Source of the DNA: Octopus sinensis
Lineage: Eukaryota
Assembly: GCF_006345805.1 (NCBI RefSeq)
Contig: NW_021833315.1
Span: forward strand, 1 to 28,673
Length of the DNA: 28,673 nucleotides
Direction: 5' to 3'
Shown here: piece by piece, positions 11,751-22,268 of the stretch
How the letters are laid out: the number at the start of each line of letters is the position of its first letter
How positions within the stretch are numbered: position 1 is the first letter of the stretch
Translations under genes and position numbers: made by a program
Notes under the pieces: generated by a model
Seen by the model: the letters and a program-made list of their open reading frames with translations, nothing else
Told to the model about the DNA's origin: nothing
Databases searched by the model: none

Positions 11751-12200
11751 AGGACAGCAATGTGATGTAATTAATACAAACAACAGCTAACACCATCTTA
11801 TCTTAATTTTCTTTTTCTCTCTACTCTAGACACAAAGTAAAGTACCAGATCAGACAACAGATCAGACAACAGATCAGACACCAGATTCTAAATGTAAGTA
11901 CATATTTTGCCATTATTTTGCTTTTTGCATGTTCATAATATCATGACACTGTAACATATTGTAACGTCAATGAAATCACTGAACATCTCCTTAATACACT
12001 ACAGTCTTAAAATAGATAGCAATACCTTCAACATGAAAAAAAACAGACATACTACTAAAGAAATAAATGGCAAAAATACACCATCATTAAATATATGAAA
12101 GAGATGCTGCACAATATTTGACTGGACAATGGCTTTAGATGACCATGTTAAGGCTCACGAAACTACTGTGCGATGTGTGAAATATATGGATGCTTATATA

Positions 12201-12863
12201 TTTCTATACTACCCACAAGGGGCTAAACATACAGGAGACAAAGAAGGACAGATAACAGATTAAGCCAATTACATCGACCCCAATGCAAAACTGGTACTTA
12301 ATTTATCGACCCCAAAAGGATGAAAGGCAAGTCGACCTCAGTGGAATTTGAACTCAGAACGTAACGACAGACGAAATAAACACAAAGCATTTCGCCCGGC
12401 GTGCTAATATTTCTTATTTCTTTACGGCCCACAAGGGGCTAAACATAGAGGGAACAAACAAGGACAGACAAAGGTATTAGTAAGTCGATTACTCGACCCC
12501 AGTGCGAAATTGGTACTTTATTTATCGCCCCGAATGGATGAAAGGCAAAGTCGACCTCGGCAGAATTTGAACTCAGAACGTAACGACAGACGAAATACCA
12601 CAAAGCATTTCGCCCGGCGTGCTAATGTTTCTTATTTCTTTACTGCCACAAGGGGCTAAACATAGAGGGAACACAAAAGACAGACAAAGTATTAATTTGA
12701 TTACATCGACCCCAGTGCGAAATTGGTACTTTATTTATGGACCCCGAAAGGATGAAAGGCAAAGTCGACCTCAGCAGAATTTGAACTCAGAACGTAACGA
12801 CAGACGAAATACCACAAATCATTTCGCCTGGTGTGCTAACGTTTCTGCCACCTCGCCGCCTTA
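12201..12863 (-). mobile_element. Head-to-tail trimer of the Deu/Nin-like SINE (~215-bp units)
   Basis: Three units with a complete head only on the rightmost; direct repeat ATGGATGCTTA at 12186-12196 and 12864-12874 flanks the whole array. Confidence 0.88.
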
Positions 12864-13007
12864 ATGGATGCTTAGTCTTGGCACTCTTTCATTAATGGTT
12901 AATACTTGTTCTCCATATAGATCATTTTCATTATGGTTAATGATGATTGTAAAACAGTTAATATGTTGTATAATTGTTTATTAGATGCTAATCTGAAGTA
13001 TTCAATA

Positions 13008-13314
13008 TCTTTATATATAAAACTGTAGTTGTGTGTGTGTCTGTCTACTCCGATTTAGATTCCTAACTACTCCCACATTTTGCAGTGCAGTTTAAAACCA
13101 AAAGCGGGTATCTTATAGTTGTGATTCATATCGAGCTCTTCTAGGTATTAGTGCGCGTCTACAATGAGTCTACGATTTAAAAAAAAAATTTACCATCATT
13201 TTTTCCCCGTTTTTAGTCCATTTTTCACTCGGTTTTATATAAGGGAAAAAAACTCTAAAATGCTTATATAGTTACTTCCCTACAAACCCAAGCACCGCGG
13301 GGCGATAATGCTAG
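13008..13314 (+). mobile_element. Non-autonomous Helitron
   Basis: A|TC start (ATCTTTATATATAAAA), GC-rich subterminal segment, CTAG|T end; inverted homologue at 18714-19111. Confidence 0.75.
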
Positions 13315-13596
13315 TATGAAATACATCAGGAGGTACTCTTCCTTGAATAGTCTTCTGTTGATATTGAACCTATATTAAAATATATCCTTCTCACTGTCTG
13401 CTTTCTCTCCTTCTTAATTTTCAGTTCACCATTTTCAGTTCTTTTACCTAAACCAAGGGTTCAAAGAGTTGGGTAAGTTTATTTTATACAGATTTATTGC
13501 ACATTTTTTCTCATAATTTGCATTATGCCCATTAAATAACTGAAATTACAGATTTAAGGGTACTTTGCAAGCAAACAAGCATGCAAGCCTCCAACA

Positions 13597-13959
13597 TGCG
13601 GCCATGCTGGAGCACCGCCTTTAGTCGAGGAAATTGACCCCCAGGAGTTATTCTTTGTAAGCCTAGTACTTATTCTATCAGTCTCTTTTGCTGAACCGCT
13701 AAGTTACGGGGACGTAAACACACAAGCATTGGTTGTCAAGCGATGTTGGGGGGACAAACACAGACACAAACATACATGCCACATATATAATATACATATA
13801 TACGACGGGCTTCTTTCAGTTTCCATCTACCAAATCCACTCACAAGGCTTTGGTCGGCCCAAGGCTATAGTAGAAGACACTTGCCCAAGGTGCCACACAG
13901 TGGACTGAACCCGAACTATGTGGTTGGTAAGCGAGCTATTTTACCACACAGCCACTCCT
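13597..13959 (-). mobile_element. tRNA-derived SINE (family 2), nearly complete
   Basis: Minus-strand head AGTGGCTGTGTGGTAA...GGGTTCAGTCC with A/B-box-like motifs; matches 19123-19518. Confidence 0.88.
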
Positions 13960-14383
13960 GCGCCTATATTGCTGTGTGAAAAAAATTAAAATGTATTTAT
14001 TGTTGTTGTTATTATTAATTTCCATTCAGAGGAAATTACTTATTTGCAGTGGATGAAAGATGAGAACCAGCAAGAAGGCGACATAGAATTGATCAATGGA
14101 CCTATATTACTATACCACAAGATGGAGTTTATGACATAAATGTGTAGTGCAACTTTATATTCCAGAAAATACACCTGACTTTCATTTATTCCTAACTTTG
14201 TACACAAGAATGAACAAAGATTGAATCTAAGAAAAAGACTTTACATTCCTCACATATAACAAAACATGAGCCAATAGAATTATCAGTTACACACAAATTG
14301 AAAGCTAATGACAGAATCTTTCTGAAGAGGAACAGGGTAAAATTCATCAGTCCTGACAAGCACAGAAGCCACCTGTCTATCAC

Positions 14384-14543
14384 CGTTTTGAACTAAAATC
14401 TTCCACCAAACCTTAGTCCCAATTTATGTTCCTAACACTAGTTTAATGATAATTAAGTTATTTTACTAAATTCTTTGTTATATTTAAAATAATTGAAAGA
14501 AATATGGAGCATCTCAAACTAAATACAGTAACGAAAGGGTTAA
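14384..14543 (-). mobile_element. Possible piggyBac-like MITE end; left boundary uncertain
   Basis: Minus strand begins TTAA|CCCTTTCGTTAC at 14543, the TTAA/CCC signature; no partner TIR found. Confidence 0.4.
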
Positions 14544-15107
14544 ATCCAATTACCATGAAATACCACTGTGCAGTAAATAATGACAACGCTCGTTCAGTGC
14601 GAGTATCTTCATGTTCAAGGTTTTTTCAGACACAACGACAAATGAATGTATACAGTGAGTATACAGGATTCATAAAGATTTCTGGGAAGAAGAAAGGGTT
14701 TTGAACAACTTGCCATGTTCCATGATAACTTTGAGTTATAGAAATAAATAAAGTCACGAGATTTGCTTCCCACAATACTATGATGAGCTACTGGTGGGAA
14801 ATTAGATATCGAATTCATGTGGCTGGCTCCCTTGTGGTTGCAGTGGATCTTGAATGTATAATGGGGATCTTTCCTAACAGCAGTGATGTTTTTTTTTTGT
14901 TTTGTTTTTGTCATCAAGTTTCTAATACCTGAGGAAATACCACAATCATCATATCATTAATGCAGAAACTTTGAGTTTTGTTTGTGAGTTTCTATAACTA
15001 TACCATGCAATGTATATATAAATTAGTATTGCATGTTGCATGTAAATATATATATATATATATGTATATGTATATGTATATGTATATATATATATGTATG
15101 TATGTGT

Positions 15108-15398
15108 GGAAGCACAATGGCCAAGTGGTTAGGGCAGCGGACTCGCGGTCGTAGGATCGCGGTTTCAATTCCCAGACTGGGCGTTATGAGTGTTCATTGA
15201 GTGAAAACACCTAAATACTCCATGAAGCTCCGGCAGGGGGTGGTGATCCCTGCTGTACTCTTTCGCCACAACTTTCTCCCACTCTTTCTTCTGTTGGCCT
15301 GCTCGCTTAGCAAGTGGGGTGGCGTCATTCAAAGGCTAAAACAATGCGAACGCATTGTGACCAGCGATGTGTAACAACATCTGATGGACTGGTCGGTC
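15108..15398 (+). mobile_element. tRNA-derived SINE (family 3)
   Basis: A box TGGCCAAGTGG and B-box-like GGTTTCAATTCCC with tRNA-like spacing; non-tRNA body follows. Confidence 0.75.
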
Positions 15399-15636
15399 TG
15401 TTTCTTTATTAGCCACACAGGGCTGCACACAGACAGGACAAATTACAAGGTAGAGCTTTTCTTTTGGGGATAAAAAAGGGGGTTTGGTTTTCGATTAAAT
15501 GGGATCGTAAAAGGAAAGAAAGAGGACAAAAAAAGGGGGGGGGATAAAAAAAAAGGAAGAGGAAACAAAATTGATCAATAGGGATCGTTATCACAGAAAT
15601 GTCAATATACACACACAAACATATATATATATGTAT

Positions 15637-15738
15637 GAGCCTGGTGCAGCCATCTGTCTTGCCATTCACAGTCAAACCATCCAACCCATGCCAGCATGGA
15701 ACGTGGATGTTAAACGATGATGATAATGATGATGATGA
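15637..15738 (+). mobile_element. Short RTE-type 3' tail (heavily truncated LINE or RTE-dependent SINE)
   Basis: GCCTGGTGCAGCC...CCAACCCATGCCAGCATGGA...GTTAAACGATGATGA matches 8540-8625. Confidence 0.75.
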
Positions 15739-16030
15739 CACACACACATAATGTTTATTGTATTTTTTTTATTTTTTTTTTTTACTATTATTTTATTATG
15801 AAATTTTGAAATAAAGAGAAATCAAAATGAATTAATGATTTGCCTTATGGAATTTGATGCATCAAATGTGTGATGTGTATACTATGCATGCACACACACA
15901 CACACACACACACATATCTAGAGTAATAAAGTAGTCAGATGTTGGATGATTATATCTATATTTATTTATTTACATCTCATTTAAATTGTTAGCGCTTTAT
16001 ATAGATAGATAGAGATACATACATATATAT

Positions 16031-16121
16031 ACTCTTACTCTTTTACTTGTTTCAGTCATTTGACTGTGGCCATGCTGGAGCACCACCTTTTTAGTCGAGG
16101 AAATCGACCCCAGGACTTATT
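16031..16121 (-). mobile_element. 3' fragment of family 2 SINE, fused to the mariner
   Basis: TTGTTTCAGTCATTTGACTGTGGCCATGCTGGAGCACC matches the SINE 3' ends at ~9897 and (reverse) ~19500. Confidence 0.8.
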
Positions 16122-16913
16122 CATCACTACTCCGTCCTGGTCCCAGAAGACTGTGAGCATGACCTTGCCAGCGGAGGGCTGTACCCTTGCCTTCTTTGGA
16201 GGGGGTGAGTCACGGTGCTTCCACTGCATTGACTGGGCTTTGGCCTCTGGATCATCGTGATGGACCCAGGTTTCATCCTGTGTAATCAGTCTTTTGAAAA
16301 ATTTTGACTCATCTTCTTGGCACATCTCCAAATTCACCCTCGAGCACTCGACGCGTTCTTGCTTCTGGAAAGGCGTGAGCAACCTGGAAATCTATCTGGC
16401 AGACACCTTTTGCATATGCAAATGGTCATGAATGATAGCTTCCACAGACCCGGTACTAATCTTGACCTCATGGGCTATTTGGCGAATAATTATGCGTTGA
16501 TCTTCCAAAATGGCAGCCTCAACTTGACGGACAGATGCCTCATCAATGGCAGAAGGGGCGACCAGATCTGGGAGCTGTTTCCACAGAGTTCTGACCATGT
16601 TTGAATTCACGATGCCAGCGTTTTACAAGGTCATATGATGGGGCATCATCACCATAAGTTACTTTCATTTCATCAAAAGTCTCACGTGGTGTGCGTCCTT
16701 TCAAATACAAAAACCGGATCACTGCTCGACACTCAACAGGCTCCATTTCACACTTGACTCGGTTCAAACACCTGTAAATCAGAAACCACAATTAATTCAG
16801 AGCTGTAATTTGCCACTTACTCTATAGAGATATAAATAATTGCACATGCAAAATTTCAGCTAGATCAAACAACTGCAAGTGGGTCAGAGGCATTACTTAT
16901 TGAACGTCCCTCG
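16122..16913 (-). mobile_element. Mariner transposon, 5' half, pseudogenised
   Basis: TA|CGAGGGACGTTCAATAAG TIR at 16915-16895; ATG at 16746; MEPVECRAVIRFL..GRP, KVSARW, LITQDETWVHH..KVMLTVFWD across three frames; the second and third catalytic Asp and the other TIR are absent. Confidence 0.9.
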
Positions 16914-17046
16914 TATATAAAGATAAAACTCACTTGGAAAAGGGTGCACGGCGTTCGATTATATACTATAAATAATGTATAAATATATGCATATATATAC
17001 ATACATATATGTACATACCTACATATATATGTATATATACATGCAT

Positions 17047-17248
17047 ATATGGGTACAGGACATCAACAAAAAAAATTACCTTTGAAGCGCGGAGTAGATG
17101 AAACAGGGACAACTGATGAAGGGGAATACTCTTTATGGTGCATGTCGCATTTCTCTGTTTAGTTTTTTTGTTGTTTGAAAAAAAGTTCGTTTTCTATGTT
17201 TTCGTTTCTCATTGTGTTCAACGTTATTTTTATGTCCTGTACTCATAT
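17047..17248. repeat. ~200-bp element with 17-bp imperfect terminal inverted repeats in a (TA)n context
   Basis: ATATGGGTACAGGACAT at 17047-17063 versus ATGTCCTGTACTCATAT at 17232-17248. Confidence 0.6.
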
Positions 17249-17351
17249 GTGCTTGTATATATGTGTAGGTATATAAATATATGTATGTATATATGCATAT
17301 ATTTATGAATATATATATATGCATATACTTATATTATTATCATATATATAT

Positions 17352-17385
<34 letters not shown>

Positions 17386-17438
17386 GTGAATCTATATGTA
17401 TGTATGTATATATATATATAGATGATGATGATATATAT

Positions 17439-17550
17439 ATATAAGAGAGCGACCACTATGAGCACTAAAAATAGACCATTGGGCTTCAGCCACATAAAAA
17501 ATGTCTCCAGTGAATATTAGCACAACTACATAGTGGTCGCTCTCTTATAT
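17439..17550. repeat. 112-bp hairpin/MITE with perfect 22-bp inverted ends
   Basis: ATATAAGAGAGCGACCACTATG versus CATAGTGGTCGCTCTCTTATAT. Confidence 0.8.
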
Positions 17551-17658
17551 TTATATATAAAATGTATGAAAATCCGGGTTTCTTATATGCACTAAGTCAC
17601 TAGGTGTTAAATGGATGTACTATTAAATTAGTATAAAAATTTCTCACCCTTATTGGTT

Positions 17659-17695
<37 letters not shown>

Positions 17696-18029
17696 CATAC
17701 ACACACACATACACACACATGTACACACCCAATAATCCCAACAATATAGGAAGGTTCGTTTTAATTTTGATAAGTATATAAAATACAAGTAATTTTCAAA
17801 CCATGATGGACTCGTTTTAGGGTTTCGATGACAGTTTTGAACCCTTTCTTTTCTATTTGGTACCACACACCCTTGCACTTTCTTTTCCATTTTTCCATTG
17901 CCCTTTTGACAATTTTTCTATGCAGCTCAGATCTTTACGCAGAGTTAGAATGTCACCTTCAGTTCCCCACTTCCATCATGGCTCCTACTGTCCACCTATA
18001 TTCCTCTCTTTCTTTCCAACCAGTTCACC

Positions 18030-18445
18030 GGATCTTTTCGGTTTGAACGGCAGTTTTTTAAAATAATGTCCACGTAACGAAACACTTTTAAACTTCATAT
18101 ACTGGTAGAATGTGTTTATAAAACATCTTTTTCTCTTGGCTTTATTGAGAAAATTCTATAGTTTGTAAGATATTTGTTGTTGTTTTTTCTTCAATTTCTG
18201 CAATTTCAACCAATCACTGACGTCTATTGAGGTAAAAAAACATTCTGTGCTGCATGAATATGTCCCTCGTTTAAGAAACAGATTGAGTTTATTTACATTT
18301 GTGAAGAAAAAAAAGATACCCTTCTCCCCCACCCCTAACCCTAAAACAGATTGAAATGCAATAGATCGATACTAGGGTCATAATTATGGGTGACAATTTC
18401 ATATGACACCGCTAGAAAAAACTGCCGTTCAAACCGAAAAGATCC
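18030..18445. mobile_element. MITE with 30-bp perfect TIRs and an 8-bp TSD
   Basis: TIR GGATCTTTTCGGTTTGAACGGCAGTTTTTT; TSD AGTTCACC at 18022-18029 and 18446-18453. Confidence 0.9.
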
Positions 18446-18713
18446 AGTTCACCTACTAAAATTGAAGTGGGTCTGATCAAGTCCCTTGTTTCTGTTTGAT
18501 CTTTTGTCACACTGTGTTTCATAAAATGTTCAGCCAACTTGTGGTAGAGTCAATTGTAGATTCTAACCTTTTTTCTCTTCCCTACCGTATATCTGTGGCA
18601 TTTTTATATGCTCGCCGCAAATACTGTCAGATTTATTCATCCAGCTTTTCCCTTATGTTTAAGTAGTGTATGGTTTTGCCATCAGACCATGTCGGTCATT
18701 TTTTTATATAATA

Positions 18714-19111
18714 CTAGCAGTATCGCCCGTTGTTGCTCGGGTTTGTAAGGGAAATAACTAAATAAGCATTTTTAGAGAGTTATAGCCAAAAAATAGCAAA
18801 AAAATGCATTAGAAATGGAAAAAAAAAATGATGGTAAATTTTTTTTTAAATTGTTGACTCATCGTAGACATTTTTAAAGTTACTTCCCTTATATAATTGC
18901 GATAAAAATGCATTAAAATGGAAAAAAATGATGGTAACTTTTTTTTAAATCATAGACTCATTGTAGATGTGCGCTAATACCCAGAAGGGCTCGATATGAA
19001 TCACGACTATAAGATACCCGGTTTTGGTAAAACTGCACTGCAAAATGTGGGAGTAGTTAGGAATCTAAATCGTAGGAGACAGACACACAACTTCTCTTTT
19101 ATATATAAAGA
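18714..19111 (-). mobile_element. Non-autonomous Helitron
   Basis: Minus strand A|TCTTTATATATAAAAG start, subterminal CCCGAGCAACAACGGG hairpin, CTAG|T end; internal duplication of the ATGGAAAAAAA..ATGATGGTAA segment. Confidence 0.78.
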
Positions 19112-19122
19112 TTTATTTATTG

Positions 19123-19518
19123 AGTGGCTGTGTGGTAAGTAGCTTGCTAACCAACCACATTGTTCCGGGTTCAGTCCCACTGCGTGGCATCTTGGGCAAG
19201 TGTCTTCTGCTATAGCCCCGGGCCAACCAATGCCTTGTGAGTGGATTTGGTTGACGGAAACTGAAAGAAGCCTGTCGTATATATGTATATATATATATAT
19301 ATATGTATGTGTGTTTGTGTGTCTGTGTTTATCCCCCTAGCATTGCTTGATAACCGATGCTGGTGAGTTTACGTCCCCGTCACTTAGCGGTTCGGCAAAA
19401 GAGACCGATAGAATAAGTACTGGGCTTACAAGAATAAGTCCGGGGTCCATTTGCTCGACTAAAAAAGGCGGTGCTCCAGCATGGCCGCAGTCAAATGACT
19501 GAAAGAAGTAAAAGAGAG
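19123..19518 (+). mobile_element. tRNA-derived SINE (family 2), complete
   Basis: tRNA-like head, internal (TA/TG)n, 3' end GCTCCAGCATGGCCGCAGTCAAATGACTGAAA with a purine-rich tail. Confidence 0.9.
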
Positions 19519-19523
19519 TATGC

Positions 19524-19564
<41 letters not shown>

Positions 19565-19704
19565 ATACACATACTTATACACGTGTTTCACATGTTACTT
19601 AAATTCACCGACTTGGTCTCTGTTCATGCAATTCTTACGTCCATGAGTCTTTTCCTGAGATTTCTCTGTTCCTCAGTCATATCATTATTGTTGTTAGGAT
19701 GTTG

Positions 19705-20663
19705 AGCTGGCAGAATCATTAGCATGCCGTGTGAAATGCTTGGCAGTATTTCGTATGCCGTTACGTTCTGAGATCAAATTCCGTCGAGGTCGACTTAGTC
19801 TTTCATCCTTTCGGGGTCGATAAATTAAGTACCAGTTACGTACTGGGATCAATGTAATCAACTTAATCCCTTTGTCTGTCCTTGTTTGTCCCCTCTATGT
19901 TTAGCCCCTTGTGGGCAATAAAGAAATAGGTATTTCGTCTGCCGTTACGTTCTGAGTTCAAATTCCGCCGAGGTCGACTTTGCCTTTCATCCTTTCGGAG
20001 TCGATAAATTAAGTACCTGTTACGCACTGGGGGCGATGTAATCGACTTAATCCCTTTGTCTGTTCTTGTTTGTCCCCTCTGTGTTTAGCCCCTTGTGGGC
20101 AATAAAGAAATAGGTATTTCGTCTGTTGTTACGTTCTGAGTTCAAATTCCGCCGAGGTCGACTTTGCCTTTCATCCTTTCGGAGTCGATAAATTAAGTAC
20201 CTGTTACGCACTGGGATCAATGTAATCAACTTAATCCCTTTGTCTGTCCTTGTTTGTCCCCTCTATGTTTAGCCCCTGTGGGCAATAAAGAAATAGGTAT
20301 TTCGTCTGTTGTTACATTCTGAGTTCAAATTCTGCCGAGGTCGACTTTGCCTTTCATCCTTTCGGAGTCGATAAATTAAGTACCTGTTACGCACTGGGAT
20401 CAATGTAATCAACTTAATCCCTTTGTCTGTCCTTGTTTGTCCCCTCTATGTTTAGCCCCTTGTGGGCAATAAAGAAATAGGTATTTCGTCTGTTGTTACA
20501 TTCTGAGTTCAAATTCCGCCGAGGTCGACTTTGCCTTTCATCCTTTCGGGGTCGATAAAATAAGTACCTGTTATGCACTGGGGGCGATGTAATCGACTTA
20601 ATCCGTTTGTCTGTCCTTGTTTGTCCCCTCTATGTTTAGCCCCTTGTGGGCAATAAAGAAATA
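19705..20663 (+). mobile_element. Pentameric array of the Deu/Nin-like SINE (~183-bp headless units after one head)
   Basis: GTATTTCGT marker at ~19746, 19930, 20113, 20297 and 20481. Confidence 0.9.
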
Positions 20664-20862
20664 AGAAACGTTAGCAGGCCAGGCGAAATGCTTAGCAATA
20701 TTTCATCCATCTTTACATTCTGAGTTCAAATTCCGCTCAAGTCTACTTTGCCTTACATTCTTCTGGGGTTGATAAATGAAATACAAGTGAATGATCAGGG
20801 TCAATGTCATAAACTGGTTCCCTCCCTACAAATTTCAGACCTTGTGCCTTTGGTAGAAAGCA
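20664..20862 (+). mobile_element. Diverged SINE copy abutting the array
   Basis: AAACGTTAGCAGGCCAGGCGAAATGC head; AAATTTCAGACCTTGTGCC..AGAAAG tail like 8830-9019. Confidence 0.7.
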
Positions 20863-20905
20863 TTATCATCATCATCATCATCATCATCATTATTATTATC
20901 ATTAT

Positions 20906-21456
20906 TGAGTGAGAGAGCAATGCCTGCCATCAAAGTGACACCGGGGTAAAATATACGAAGCCCAATATACCCATCATGACTACCCGTCTGATAAGGGTAC
21001 ACCAGGCACATGCATCACAACCATATGTGCACGACATGATGATCTCATATCAAGATAAACAACACATGACCTTGCAAGTGGGGCCCAGTTAGAATTTTCT
21101 GCTGGTCGAGTAACCCATCCTGCTCAAAAGGTCCCTGAGTAAGGGTTGTTTAAGGATGTTGAACGAAACACCCATGTTTCCTGAGGTGAATTATTCAAAC
21201 CCCAAAGAATCCCTCTCAACACATGGCTATGATGCTCCCCCACTACTTCTGCTCGTGATCAGAGACGCACATATCGTCACCAACTAGAAAACTTGGTCAA
21301 GTGGTTAAAGTCAACAACTGATAAGCAAATCTGGTATTGAGCAGAATATTTGCTGTAGCCCATCCTTTATACCAAGACAAAACAATGTACTGATAACACT
21401 TCCAATCAGTTAAGATCAGAAACCATGAGAACCACTGCCTGGTACTGCATCAGGGC
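20906..21456 (-). mobile_element. Unclassified ~550-bp non-coding repeat between (TAA)n tracts, copy 1
   Basis: Closely similar to 21481-21906; orientation inferred from the shared left end and the right-side truncation of copy 2. Confidence 0.7.
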
Positions 21457-21480
21457 ATTATTATTATATTATTATTATTA

Positions 21481-21906
21481 TTGAGTGAGTGAGCAGAGCA
21501 TGCCATCAAAGTGACACTGGGGTAAAATATACGAAGCCCAGTATACCCATCCATGACTACCCGTCTGATAAGGGTACACCAGGCACATGCATCACAACCA
21601 TAATGTGCGCGACATGGTGATCTCATATCAAGATAAACAGCACATGACCTTGCAGGTGGAGCCCAGTTAGAATTTTCTTCAGATCGAGTAACCCATCCCG
21701 CTCAAAAGGTCCTGAATAAGGTTTGTTTAAGGACGTTGAACGAAACACCCATGTTTCCAGAGGTGAATTATTCAAACCCCAAAGAATCCTTCTCAACACG
21801 TGGCTATAATGCTCCCCCACTACTTCTGCTCGTGATCAGAGATGCACATATCGTCAGCCACTAAGGGACATGCTCAACTGGTTAAGGTCAAACAACTGAC
21901 AAGCTT
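21481..21906 (-). mobile_element. Same unclassified repeat, copy 2, truncated
   Basis: Aligns with 20906-21325 and stops at a (TTA)n tract. Confidence 0.7.
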
Positions 21907-22046
21907 ATCATTGTTATTATTATTATTATTATTATTATCATTATTATTATTATTATCATTTTTATTATGATTATTATTGTTGTTGTTGTTATTATTATTA
22001 TTATCATTATTATTGTTGTTGCTGTTATTATTATTATTATTATTAT

Positions 22047-22268
22047 TCAGTAGTTTTATTTTTATAGCGTGCTTTCACTTCACTACCGAGCACAGCTCTG
22101 TGTGCCTTGGGTATGTGCTGTGATTTGTTGTGATGCTCTGATGGTTATTGTATGGAAAGTGTTCTGCGTAGGATGTGTGCAGTGCCTACTAGTGCAATTT
22201 TCTGTATGTTATATGTGTTTGTAAGTCCTGGTGTTTTTGTTATGTATTTGTCTGAATATTTTTTTTGT
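22047..22268 (-). mobile_element. 3' end of an R4/Dong-like (RLE-clade) non-LTR retrotransposon
   Basis: Minus strand YSDKYITKTPGLTNTYNIQKIALVGTAHILRRTLSIQ* (stop at 22147-22145), ~100-nt 3' UTR, (AAT)n tail; clade assignment from the recalled QKxALxGTAxILR C-terminus. Confidence 0.7.

Larger units (their letters stand above)
9590..14396 (+). pseudogene. TNF-superfamily ligand-like type II membrane protein gene, 4 exons (9590-9750, 11830-11893, 13425-13472, 14030-14396), disrupted
   Basis: Exon 1 MMPCGGTEAADQGTDQKRKH*NYTKMPLTKKEVLIVLCVLIVLCIVI/VAAVTQ|GT (basic patch + TM). Exon 2 TQSKVPDQTTDQTTDQTPDSK, phase 0 to 1. Exon 3 FHHFQFFYLNQGFKEL, phase 1 to 1. Exon 4 EEITYLQWMKDENQQEGDIELING/YITIPQDGVYDINV*CNFIF...ELSVTHKLKANDRIFLKRNRVKFISPDKHRSHLSITVLN*. 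All junctions are GT/AG with polypyrimidine tracts and matching phases. Confidence 0.72.

Noticed and set aside
15108-15180. tRNA gene (also SINE heads at 19123 and 13959)
   Set aside because: A/B boxes are present, but there is no clean cloverleaf and the sequence continues into a SINE body.
17100-17135. CTGATGA motif (also at ~23122)
   Set aside because: No GAAA follows a closing stem II; the 23122 instance is within the exon 1 coding sequence.
17800-17985. Nested inverted repeats on the minus strand with CUGAAGG...GAAAC...GUC, hammerhead-like
   Set aside because: The core lacks A9, the stem I strand is 11 nt away from CUGA, stem III barely pairs, and the stem II loop would exceed 100 nt.
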